From the NCBI GenBank assembly GCA_021804985.1, contig JAJZGD010000004.1, positions 1 through 49,654 of the forward strand: a stretch of DNA of 49,654 nucleotides, in the 5' to 3' direction. Source of the stretch: Planctomycetota bacterium (GTDB lineage Bacteria; Planctomycetota; Phycisphaerae; WQYP01). The notes beneath the pieces are model-generated. The model worked only from the letters and a program-made list of their open reading frames with translations. It had not been told where the DNA came from and ran no database searches. Position 1 is the first letter of the stretch. Every line of letters starts with the position of its first letter. The position numbers were made by a program, and so were the translations under genes. This document shows positions 9,188 to 19,700 of the stretch, piece after piece.

Positions 9188-10225
9188 TCAGGCGGCCGCG
9201 ACTGGCGATTCATGCGCTACGAGCAGTTCTGCGATCTGGATTCCATTGAGAGCGGCTCCCTTAAGAAGTTGATCGCCCGCGACAAACAATGCGATGGTTC
9301 GGTGGGATGGATCGCTGAGATCCTGCCGAATGCGACCGACCAAAACATCATGCGCTCCGGACGCGTCGGACGGCATCGGAAAGTAGTTGGCCTGGGCATC
9401 ATCAACAATACGAACGCCAGGCTGCCCCTGCAGAATGGTCTTTGCCTGGGCTGCGGAGATCGGCGATGAGAATTCAACATGCAGGGCCTCGCAGTGGGCC
9501 CGCAGAACGGGCACACGAACGCACGTGGCTGAGATGCGCAGGTCCGGATCGTCAAATATTTTGCGGGCTTCGCGCATCATCTTAAGCTCTTCCTCATTGT
9601 AGAGCGTGGTATGATCGATGGGGGCGTTATGACTGAAAAGATTAAACGCGTACGGGTGGGGCAGCACGCTCGGCTTGAATTGCGCACCGGCAAGGTACGC
9701 TTGGGTGGAGTCAATAAGTTCCTGCATGGCGGCCGATCCGCCACCGCTGGCGGCCTGATAGGTGGCGGCAATAATTCGACGGATGCGATTGGTTTTATGA
9801 AGGGGCCATAACGGAACCAGCGCGATGATGGTCGAACAATTCGGATTGGCGATGATGCCGCTATGCGCCACCGCCTGTTCCGGGTTGATTTCCGGAATCA
9901 CCAGCGGCACATCCGGATTCATGCGAAAGGCCGAACTGTTGTCGATAACAACGCTTCCCGCCGCCACCGCGATGGGCGCAAATTGCTTACTGATGCTGCC
10001 GCCGGCCGAAAAAAAAGCGATATCGATATCGCGAAAACTTTCGGTCGTGAGGGCTTCCACCGCAATCTCACGCCCGCCGCACTGCATCGTCTTGCCTGCT
10101 GAACGAGCGGAAGCCAAAAGCCTGAGTAGCCGAAAGGGAAACTTTCTGCTCTCAAGCAGTTTTAAAAATTCAACGCCAACGGCACCGGTTGCACCCACAA
10201 TGGCAATATTTGGACTGGCTTTCAT
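9188..10225 (-). CDS. asd: Aspartate-semialdehyde dehydrogenase
   Basis: VGATGAVG, IDNSSAFR, IANPNCST (catalytic Cys), YQAASG, CVRVPV and DQLLKGAALN. Confidence 0.96.
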   Translation of the reverse strand: MKASPNIAIVGATGAVGVEFLKLLESRKFPFRLLRLLASARSAGKTMQCGGREIAVEALTTESFRDIDIAFFSAGGSISKQFAPIAVAAGSVVIDNSSAFRMNPDVPLVIPEINPEQAVAHSGIIANPNCSTIIALVPLWPLHKTNRIRRIIAATYQAASGGGSAAMQELIDSTQAYLAGAQFKPSVLPHPYAFNLFSHNAPIDHTTLYNEEELKMMREARKIFDDPDLRISATCVRVPVLRAHCEALHVEFSSPISAAQAKTILQGQPGVRIVDDAQANYFPMPSDASGAHDVLVGRIRQDLSDPSHRTIALFVAGDQLLKGAALNGIQIAELLVAHESPVAAA

Positions 10226-10275
10226 GACTGATTTATATCCTTAATGGCAAAGAAAAAAAAAGATTCGCCCAAGGG

Positions 10276-11106
10276 CTAGCTTTGGGCCGCGCCGTCTGCA
10301 GTGTATAGGGGGAACTTACCTGGCCGATTCTGCGTTGGCACCTCTGAGGATAGCGACGCCGGTGACTCCAATGCCTCCGGCGTGGCGCGATGGCCTGCGG
10401 CATAGGGCATTACTCTGCCCGTAATGCCATCAAACTCCTGCAGGCTCGCCGGAATCGCCTGTGCCCACTGGGCCTGTTGCAAATAGGCGATGCGGCCATC
10501 GCGAAGAAACTCGATCGCATCGTAACTGGCCTTGGCCTCTGGAAAAACGCAGTTATTAATAAACCATTCCAAGCCACTGAATTTGGCCTTCATAATTTCA
10601 CGCGCTCGCTCATAAAGCGACTGGAGCATTTCGCGGCCGGTTGCCGGCTCGTTCTCCATCGCTTCGCGCAGCACGCGGTAGCCCTCAATGGAAAGGTCAC
10701 GCCGTTTTATTGCCTCCGGCAGGGTGCGAGCCACCATCGCGGCCCGGTATGATTCGCTGTTGGCAATTACGTGGGTGGGAAAAGTGAGGAAGAAGTCGGT
10801 GCGCTCCGCAACGCCCCCATTTTGCATGATCGAAAGAATCACCAGATTTTTGTTGGGATTGCACACGCGATGAATCACACCGGGGCGGAAATACACCACT
10901 TTATTGGGCTCAAGTTTTACCACCTCGAAGCCTTGAAATGAGAGTAATTCCAACTCTCCGGTCCCTGCGATGACGAAATAGGACTCAGCGCTGACACTGT
11001 GAAAATGGGCCCCGCCAGCGATAATCCCATCCGGTCCGGGCTGATCGTAAACTTTAATTCGGCTAAGCCCGATGCCGCCAGGCAGCAGTAATTCTCGAAG
11101 ATCCAT
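10276..11106 (-). CDS. Cupin domain-containing protein
   Basis: Cupin motif 1 (GAHFHSVSAESYFVIAGTG) and motif 2 (YFRPGVIHRVCN), followed by a helical C-terminal region. Confidence 0.8.
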   Translation of the reverse strand: MDLRELLLPGGIGLSRIKVYDQPGPDGIIAGGAHFHSVSAESYFVIAGTGELELLSFQGFEVVKLEPNKVVYFRPGVIHRVCNPNKNLVILSIMQNGGVAERTDFFLTFPTHVIANSESYRAAMVARTLPEAIKRRDLSIEGYRVLREAMENEPATGREMLQSLYERAREIMKAKFSGLEWFINNCVFPEAKASYDAIEFLRDGRIAYLQQAQWAQAIPASLQEFDGITGRVMPYAAGHRATPEALESPASLSSEVPTQNRPGKFPLYTADGAAQS

Positions 11107-11306
11107 CCCAATATTCTAGCGAATGTCGGCGGAACTCGCATCGGACGATTGAATTGGCGCGGGGTGATGATCTGCGGCTACGGCAGCCGAGCGGCGTGGC
11201 ACGAAAGATTTCAACCGGTGCACGAGTGCGTGCGGGGTGCGGCAATGCCAACGGCGACAACGCCCGTACGTGGCCCGCGGTGCAAATGCGGGAACGGCTA
11301 CGCGCA

Positions 11307-11334
11307 ATTTAACATAACATATATTATCGGACGT
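11307..11334 (-). other. dif: dif site (XerC/XerD chromosome dimer resolution site)
   Basis: Minus strand reads ACGTCCGATAA-TATATG-TTATGTTAAAT: 11-6-11 architecture, XerD arm identical to the E. coli TTATGTTAAAT, XerC arm ending in ATAA. Intergenic. Confidence 0.9.
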
Positions 11335-11335
11335 T

Positions 11336-11369
11336 AAAAATGCCCCGGCGGGGGAGCGCAGCCCCCCGG
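11336..11369 (-). terminator. Probable intrinsic terminator of the epimerase transcript
   Basis: Minus strand CCGGGGGG-CTGCGCT-CCCCCGCCGG GC-rich hairpin followed by GGCATTTTT, just downstream of the stop at 11385. Confidence 0.4.
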
Positions 11370-11384
11370 CTGGCCAACGCCATT

Positions 11385-12359
11385 TCACGCCACCAACGCC
11401 GCTCGGCGGTCGCTTATCACATCCGTAATGATCCGCTCCAGGCTCATCGTCGGTGTAAAACCGATGGCCTTCCTGAGTTTACTGATATCCGGAACGCGCC
11501 GCGGCATATCTTCAAAATTGCTGTTGTAAACCTTGTCATACGGCAAAAGCTGGATTTCGCTGGCACTTTCCGCCTGCAACTTAATCATATTTGCCAACTG
11601 CAGGATCGAAATTTCCTGCGTGCCGCCGATGTTATACACCTCGCCGGCGGCCTCCGGATGGGCCAAAAGCCCCAGGATGGCCGCCGTGCAGTCTGCGACA
11701 TGGGTAAATGTTCTGGTTTGGGTGCCGTCGCCATAAACCGTCATTGGTTGGTCGCGAATTGCCTGATCGACGAGGCGCGGCATCACCATTCCATAAGCGG
11801 GCGACTGGCGGGGTCCTACCGTATTAAAAAATCTTGCAATCGTTACGGGAAAGGCGCCCTGATGGTGAAACGCCAGTGCCATAAATTCGTCGAGCGCTTT
11901 TGAGCAGGCGTACGACCAACGGCTTACGGATGTCGCTCCAATAACGCTGTAATCGGTTTCCCGCAAAGGTGCGTGTGTTTGCAGGCCATAAACTTCGCTG
12001 GTGCTGGCCAAAAACAGAGGTTTTTCAAATTCGCGGCAGGCCTGAAGCACACGTTCCGTGCCCACAACGTTGGTGAGGATGCTCTCCAGCGGATTTTCAA
12101 GGATGTATTTTACGCCCACGGCGGCGGCCAAATGGATGACGTGATGAGCCGTTCCCACCAGGCGTGAGAGTGTCGGTGCATCGGTAATGCTGCCGGGAAT
12201 GAATCTCAATTCGCGGTTGCCAAAGAGATGTGCCAGGTTATGCCGATGACCGGTGGACTGATCATCGAGCACATAGACGCCGTTGCCACCGGCGAGAAGT
12301 GCCTCGCAAAGGTGCGACCCAATGAAACCTGCACCGCCGGTTACCAGATAACGCTTCAT
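11385..12359 (-). CDS. NAD-dependent epimerase/dehydratase (nucleotide-sugar SDR)
   Basis: VTGGAGFIGSHL, HLAAAVGV, ASTSEVYG, YACSK (YxxxK) and RFFNTVGPRQ. ATG start at 12359. Confidence 0.92.
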   Translation of the reverse strand: MKRYLVTGGAGFIGSHLCEALLAGGNGVYVLDDQSTGHRHNLAHLFGNRELRFIPGSITDAPTLSRLVGTAHHVIHLAAAVGVKYILENPLESILTNVVGTERVLQACREFEKPLFLASTSEVYGLQTHAPLRETDYSVIGATSVSRWSYACSKALDEFMALAFHHQGAFPVTIARFFNTVGPRQSPAYGMVMPRLVDQAIRDQPMTVYGDGTQTRTFTHVADCTAAILGLLAHPEAAGEVYNIGGTQEISILQLANMIKLQAESASEIQLLPYDKVYNSNFEDMPRRVPDISKLRKAIGFTPTMSLERIITDVISDRRAALVA

Positions 12360-12452
12360 TAAAAATATCCTTTCACCGAGCACGAATTCGGCCAAGGCTT
12401 AAAAATCTGTCCCATTATTATTTAGATCATATTGGGACACATTTAAGCCTAA

Positions 12453-14063
12453 TCAGCTGCCGCTAACGCCGGCTACCTCTTTTTCGAGCCGTTTGAGCCG
12501 GTCGAGGGTCTGATCCCTGCCGAGCAGCAAAAGTGTTTCGAGCAAGGGGGGCGACACCGCTCCCCCACTGACGGCGACACGCAAAATTTGCGCGGCGCTG
12601 CCGCGCTTCTCACCCATCGTAATAATACTTTCCATGGCCGGGGAAATCCCTTCCGCGTTCCATGGGTTGGCAGCGGCCAAGAGAGAAATAATCTCTTGAA
12701 GGTGCTGCGGCCCGGAGGCTATGCGCACGAATTTATCAACGGCTTTCGGATCCAGCGGGGGCGCAGAAAAGAAAAAGCGGCTGTTTTCCGCCATTTCCCC
12801 CAGCGTTCCCATGCGCTCCTGATACATCGTGAGGAGTTTGTCCAGCATTGCCGGATCCGCCGATTTAATGGGGTAATCGGTGACGGCATTAAATGCCTGC
12901 ATATGCTGAGCTAAGTCTTTCAGCGACGCGCGGCGGATATATTCGCCATTCATCCAGAGCAGCTTTTTGCGGTCAAATCGGCCGTTGGTCTTGCCGATGC
13001 CTTCGAGGGAAAATAAATCGAGGAGTTCGTGGCGGGTGAGAATTTCCCGATTTTCGCCCGGTGCCCAGCCGATGAGCGCGATGAAGTTTAGCAATGCATC
13101 ATGAAGATACCCGCTGCGCCGAAAATCCTGCACCTCGATTTCTGGCAGCGCAAGGTGAAGGGCTTGGGCAACGGCGGTGGTAACCGCCGAATTATCCTGC
13201 TTTTGATGCAAAAATTTTCCCAATGCCTCCGGCTCTACCTTCGCCATCGCGGCCAGCGTTTCCAGAGTTACTTCCGGCTTGTTTTTCATCAGAAGCTGCG
13301 CCGCATGCCGGGCAGCTTTGCTTTTGTCGCGCTTGGACATTTTGGTGTTGTCCATGTTAAACACCAGCGGCATATGGGCATGTTCCGGCGGTTTCCAGCC
13401 CAGCGCCCGATACAATGCCAGGTGCTTGGGCGTGTTCATTAAATGTTCCTGCGCACGGAGCACATGCGATATTTCCATCAGATGGTCATCGACAACCACG
13501 GCAAAGTGATAGGTTGGAAAGCCATCGGATTTTCGGATGACAATATCGTCGTGTTCTTCGGCGCCCACCTGAATGGGCCCAAGAATCAGATCATGGAAGG
13601 AAATTTCCTCGTGGGGCATTTCGAATCGCAGCACGCACGGGGTTGAACCCTTGGGCGCACGCCCCGGCATTTGCCGCCGATAACGAAAAGGGCGTTTTTC
13701 CCTTTCGGCCTGCGAGCGCATGGCGGCAAGTTGCGCGGGTGTCTCCCATGCTTCATACACGTGCCCGCTTTTTGCAAGGGCATCAATAAAACCGTTATAG
13801 ATGTCCAGCCGCGTGGACTGGAAATATTCGTTTTTTTCTTGCCCCGGCACCGGACCGCGATCCCAATCAAGGCCCAGCCACTGCAGGTCAGACAAAATTC
13901 CCGCCGCAGATTCAGCCGTAGAACGTACCTGATCGGTATCTTCAATGCGGAGGACAAACTCGCCGCCGTGGCCACGGGCAAAAAGCCAGTTAAACAGGGC
14001 GGTACGCGCCCCGCCGACATGTAAAAAGCCGGTTGGCGACGGTGCAAAACGCGTTCGAATCAT
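12453..14063 (-). CDS. gltX: Glutamate--tRNA ligase with an internal insertion
   Basis: RTRFAPSPTGFLHVGG (HIGH), LRIEDTD, DGFPTYHFAVVVDDH, KMSKR and SPPL motifs. Likely ATG start at 14063. Confidence 0.95.
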   Translation of the reverse strand: MIRTRFAPSPTGFLHVGGARTALFNWLFARGHGGEFVLRIEDTDQVRSTAESAAGILSDLQWLGLDWDRGPVPGQEKNEYFQSTRLDIYNGFIDALAKSGHVYEAWETPAQLAAMRSQAEREKRPFRYRRQMPGRAPKGSTPCVLRFEMPHEEISFHDLILGPIQVGAEEHDDIVIRKSDGFPTYHFAVVVDDHLMEISHVLRAQEHLMNTPKHLALYRALGWKPPEHAHMPLVFNMDNTKMSKRDKSKAARHAAQLLMKNKPEVTLETLAAMAKVEPEALGKFLHQKQDNSAVTTAVAQALHLALPEIEVQDFRRSGYLHDALLNFIALIGWAPGENREILTRHELLDLFSLEGIGKTNGRFDRKKLLWMNGEYIRRASLKDLAQHMQAFNAVTDYPIKSADPAMLDKLLTMYQERMGTLGEMAENSRFFFSAPPLDPKAVDKFVRIASGPQHLQEIISLLAAANPWNAEGISPAMESIITMGEKRGSAAQILRVAVSGGAVSPPLLETLLLLGRDQTLDRLKRLEKEVAGVSGS

Positions 14064-14100
14064 CGGGTTCCTCAACGGAAACAAAGTTGGCGCCGCCATC

Positions 14101-15564
14101 TCACGGTATTTCAGCGGCGGCATCGCCGAAGATTGTACCCGCAGCCTGCTCCTGAGTTGAGGTGATGGCAAAGGTGCCGAGTTCGGCGGCGCCGGGGCCG
14201 CTACCTTCCACAATCAGCCAGGGGTGGCCAAATTCGTCGGCGTATTCGTCGGCGGCGAATTGCAAATCAGCGGTGACTGAGGCCCGCTGGTCGCAGAGGA
14301 CTGCCACAGTACCCCCCTGCCCACCACCGGTAATTTTTGCGCCGTAAAAGCCACGCTGTGGACCAAACTTAAGCAATCGGCGAACGATCCAATCCGTTTC
14401 TTGCGCGCCGAGCATGGCGCGATGGCCGTAACTGGCGTGCGATGCGAGCATCAGCCGCCCCAGGCGGGTAAAATTCCCGGCATCTTCCTGGCCCGTTTCC
14501 TTTTTGAGCCGAGATATAAATTGATTCACGCGATGTGCCTCGAGCACATGGTGGTCGCCGGCGGCTCGCACACGGTATATGGTCGCGGGATCAACATGCG
14601 TGGCCGAATCGATGGTCTTTCCATAGCGCTGGATAAATTGGCCGCCGGACATTTCCACCGGCAGCAGCCGCCGAAGGTACCGAAGGTAATCGCGGCGCGA
14701 AACGTTGCCCAGATAGCCGCCGAAAATATCGCGCTGGGCTCCGAGCAGCCGGCCGTAATGGGCAATGATGGCGTGGGCCATAAATGCCGCGACCCGCGTC
14801 TTGCGATAACCGCCATCGGCCACCGAATGTTTAACGCCGCTGAAGATGCCGACCAAACGCAGCGCGGCGGGCAGCTTTTGATGGCCGATGAGTTCATGCG
14901 GCTGGCATTTGAGCAGCATAAGTCGATCCGCGTTACCGAGCATACTGGCCATTTGATCCATAATGCCGCAGGCGGCCCCCACAACCTGATTCTCGATTTT
15001 TTGCGCCAGTACTGCGGCCTCCGGCGCATCAATAGAAAGGCGATACGCATGGGAAATGGCCATGAGCGTTGCATTCTCAAGTGCCGCACTTGATGACAAG
15101 CCTGCCCCGGCAGGTAAGTCGCTCATACATGCGATGGAAGCGCCCAACGCACGCGGGCTTAAATGCCTTTGGCGAGCGAGCACCCAGAAAGCGCCGGCAA
15201 GATATAGTGCCCACCGATCTTCGCGCACCAGCTTTTCACGTATGGATTCCGCCGGCACCAGCGATCCGGAGCCATAAAAATCATCCAGATTAAACGCCAC
15301 CTGTTTATATTTTCCATCGCTCAGGTAGGATCGAACAACGACCTGCCGATCACCCCGCTTTTGCAGCGTTACGGCCGTGCCCAACGCCAATGGCATTTCA
15401 CAAACCGTTGCGCCGGTGTAATCGGCAATACCGCCCATCACATCGAGGCGCCCCGGCGCAAAGGCCGCCACAGCCGGTGAACTGGGGTTAAAAAATCCAT
15501 CCCGGTAAACGATCTTGCGAAGAGAAGGAATCAGATAATGGTACCCCACCTGCTCAGAAGCCAT
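14101..15564 (-). CDS. GHMP-family sugar kinase, galactokinase/L-arabinokinase-like
   Basis: APGRLDVMGGIADY, PAGAGLSSSAA, CGIMDQM and GAKITGGGQGG motifs. Confidence 0.88.
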   Translation of the reverse strand: MASEQVGYHYLIPSLRKIVYRDGFFNPSSPAVAAFAPGRLDVMGGIADYTGATVCEMPLALGTAVTLQKRGDRQVVVRSYLSDGKYKQVAFNLDDFYGSGSLVPAESIREKLVREDRWALYLAGAFWVLARQRHLSPRALGASIACMSDLPAGAGLSSSAALENATLMAISHAYRLSIDAPEAAVLAQKIENQVVGAACGIMDQMASMLGNADRLMLLKCQPHELIGHQKLPAALRLVGIFSGVKHSVADGGYRKTRVAAFMAHAIIAHYGRLLGAQRDIFGGYLGNVSRRDYLRYLRRLLPVEMSGGQFIQRYGKTIDSATHVDPATIYRVRAAGDHHVLEAHRVNQFISRLKKETGQEDAGNFTRLGRLMLASHASYGHRAMLGAQETDWIVRRLLKFGPQRGFYGAKITGGGQGGTVAVLCDQRASVTADLQFAADEYADEFGHPWLIVEGSGPGAAELGTFAITSTQEQAAGTIFGDAAAEIP

Positions 15565-17074
15565 ATTCTCTCCAACGTCCGGTCACTCGGGCTACGGTGG
15601 CCGAATCCATAGCGATTTCCTCGGGCCATTGGCGAACGGTTCCCTCTCCGGGCCACTTGCGGGTGGCATCAATGCCGAGTTTGCTCCCGGCACCCATGGC
15701 TGGCGCCGCATGATCGAGGATGTCCAGCGGGCCTTCGGTAATCACAGTGTCGCGACGCGGGTCTACGTTGGCGGCAAGATGAAACAGGACATCATCCAAA
15801 TCATGCACATCCACGTGCTCATCCACCACTACAATCATTTTTGTCCATGCCATCTGGCCTGCACCCCAAACCGCATGCATCACCTTGCGTGCGTGGTACG
15901 GGTACTGCTTTTGAATTTTAATAAATGCACAGTTATGAAAGACCCCGAACATGGGCAATTCATAATCGATAATATCGGGTATCAAAATTTTCAGCAGCGG
16001 CAAAAATATGCGCTCCGTCGCCTTGCCGAAATAATAATCCTCCTGCGGCGGCTTGCCGACGATGGTCGTGGGATATATGGGATTTTTTCGATGGGTGATG
16101 GCCGTTACATTAAATACGGGATATTGATCCGCGAGGGAATAAAAGCCGGTGTGATCGCCAAAAGGCCCCTCGAGAATGGTTTTTTCCGGATCGACAAATC
16201 CTTCAATGACGATTTCGCAGTTGGCGGGTACCTCGAGGGGAATGGTTTTGCACGGCACGAGTTCGATTGCCCGGCCCATGAGAAAGCCCGCAAATACATG
16301 CTCATCAATACCCGGCGGCAGTGGCGCGGTTGCTGCGTATGGCAAAACACTTTCCCCGCCCAGGGTGATGGCCAACGGACAAGGCCGACCCGCTTTGGCC
16401 CACGCCCGGAAATGGCGTGCCCCATCATGATGCATATGCCAATGCATGGCGGTTAGCTTTCGATCAAAAACCTGCACGCGATACATCCCGAGATTTCGGA
16501 CATTGGTCTCCGGGTGCTTAGTCACAATCTGGGCCATGGTGATATATCGGCCCCCGTCATTTGGCCAACATTGAATAATGGGTAAATCGAAAAGGTTCGC
16601 GTCATCCGTCTTTACCACCTGCTGACATGGTGCCGCGCCCCCCACCACACGGGGGCCGAGCGATGAGAGTTTCAGCAGATCAATGCCCTTTTTGATTTTG
16701 CCCATCATGGTGCCGGGAACCACGGGCTGAGTAAGCTCACTGATTTTTTCCGCCAATGCCTCGAAGTTTTCACACCCCAACGCGAGTTGCAGGCGCTCGG
16801 CTGATCCGAATATATTAATCGCCAGCGGCACGTCGGAACCAATCACCTTTTCAAACAAAAGTGCCTGGTTGATCGCCGGCGTGGAATGGCGCGGCGCACG
16901 AGCGTCGAACGGTGCAACGGCCGACGGGTATTGGCCGGATCGTGTGGGCGCTTTGCTAACCCGATCGGCAATTTCGGTAATTTCCAGATGCGGATCCACC
17001 GGCACGGATACGCGGCGCAGCTCCCCCCTTTTTTCCAGGGCGGCAAGCAGTTCTGTCAGCGTATCAAAAGGCAT
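15554..17074 (-). CDS. UbiD-family (prenylated FMN) decarboxylase, probably menaquinone (futalosine pathway) type
   Basis: NLGMYRVQV, MHWHMHHDGARH, EGPFGDHTGFYS, GKPPQED and GSKLGIDATRK. Confidence 0.9.
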   Translation of the reverse strand: MPFDTLTELLAALEKRGELRRVSVPVDPHLEITEIADRVSKAPTRSGQYPSAVAPFDARAPRHSTPAINQALLFEKVIGSDVPLAINIFGSAERLQLALGCENFEALAEKISELTQPVVPGTMMGKIKKGIDLLKLSSLGPRVVGGAAPCQQVVKTDDANLFDLPIIQCWPNDGGRYITMAQIVTKHPETNVRNLGMYRVQVFDRKLTAMHWHMHHDGARHFRAWAKAGRPCPLAITLGGESVLPYAATAPLPPGIDEHVFAGFLMGRAIELVPCKTIPLEVPANCEIVIEGFVDPEKTILEGPFGDHTGFYSLADQYPVFNVTAITHRKNPIYPTTIVGKPPQEDYYFGKATERIFLPLLKILIPDIIDYELPMFGVFHNCAFIKIQKQYPYHARKVMHAVWGAGQMAWTKMIVVVDEHVDVHDLDDVLFHLAANVDPRRDTVITEGPLDILDHAAPAMGAGSKLGIDATRKWPGEGTVRQWPEEIAMDSATVARVTGRWREYGF

Positions 17075-17301
17075 GGGCAGTCCTGAGCACTGAGATCATT
17101 GGCCGACGGCATTTTATCCGACAATCCAAAAAGTTTCTTTTGCGTGTTTTTAGGGGGTGCTGGCCCATTTATTACAGATTAAAGTTTTTATTCATTCCCG
17201 TGGGCGCGCTGCGCTTTCTTGGCCATTTGAGGGGCTGTGGGCGATGGCGGACCGCCCTGCCGGCCGCTGGCACAGATGGCAAAGCTGGGCGCGCGGAGCC
17301 G

Positions 17302-18798
<1,497 letters not shown>

Positions 18799-19686
18799 TT
18801 ATTTCATCGCCTCGACGCCGCCCATCAATTCGGCCAGCTCGGATGTAATCTGCGATTGACGCGCCCGGTTGTAATCACGCGTGAGCAGTCGCGACATGCT
18901 TTCGGCGTTTTCCGTCGCTGCGGCCATCGCCAGCATCCGGGCAATCTGTTCAGAAACAGCGGAATCAATAAACGCCTGAAATGCCGCGGATCGAACCATG
19001 GTGGGCAGCAAATCCGCGAGCAGGATGGGGGCATCCGGACTGAATTCAATATCCGGCCGCACCACCCGTTTGCCTCCGGTGTCGGCGGCGGAGGCAAAAT
19101 TGATCGGAAGAACATCCTGAAGTACCGGACGCTGCTGGCCGACACTCAGAAATTTCATATAAGCAATTTTGATGGCATCAATCTGACCGCTCGTGAAATC
19201 GTCCATCAGATTTTGCGCTATCGGCAACATTTCATCCATGATCGGGTTATCACCGACATTTACATACGCCTGCCGAACAGTTCTTCTGGCGAAGCGGAAG
19301 TAGGCGCCACCCTTGCGGCCGCCAACATGGATGTCCACTTGTGTGCCCGCCTCTTCAAGCTCGCGCACGCGGGCCATAACCATTCGCAGAATGCTGCTGT
19401 TAAAGCCGCCGGCTAGCCCGCGGTTGCTGGTGACAACCAGAATACCGACGCGGCGGATCGGACGGGTTGCGAGCAGCGGATGACGAACGGCTCCCGGTGA
19501 ATGCCCAATAGACGCAGCAACGGTATGTACCAGATCGGTGAGGCGCTCCACATAAGGGCGGGTGGCTTTGGCGCGTCGCAGCGACTTTTGGAAGCGCGCA
19601 GTCGCAACCATCTGCATCACCTTGGTGATTTTTCGGATGTTACGTACCGCCTTGCGCCGTTTGATAATTTCCCGGGCTTTTGCCAT
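18799..19686 (-). CDS. atpG: F0F1 ATP synthase subunit gamma
   Basis: KITKVMQMVA, SNRGLAGGFN, SEQIARMLAM and RQSQITSEL. Lies between atpA and atpD. Confidence 0.97.
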   Translation of the reverse strand: MAKAREIIKRRKAVRNIRKITKVMQMVATARFQKSLRRAKATRPYVERLTDLVHTVAASIGHSPGAVRHPLLATRPIRRVGILVVTSNRGLAGGFNSSILRMVMARVRELEEAGTQVDIHVGGRKGGAYFRFARRTVRQAYVNVGDNPIMDEMLPIAQNLMDDFTSGQIDAIKIAYMKFLSVGQQRPVLQDVLPINFASAADTGGKRVVRPDIEFSPDAPILLADLLPTMVRSAAFQAFIDSAVSEQIARMLAMAAATENAESMSRLLTRDYNRARQSQITSELAELMGGVEAMK

Positions 19687-19700
19687 ATGCGTTTAACCCT

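Noticed and set aside
14064-14213. N-terminal extension of GltX in the ORF track
   Set aside because: It overlaps the upstream kinase; the canonical MIRTRFAPSPTG start is at 14063.
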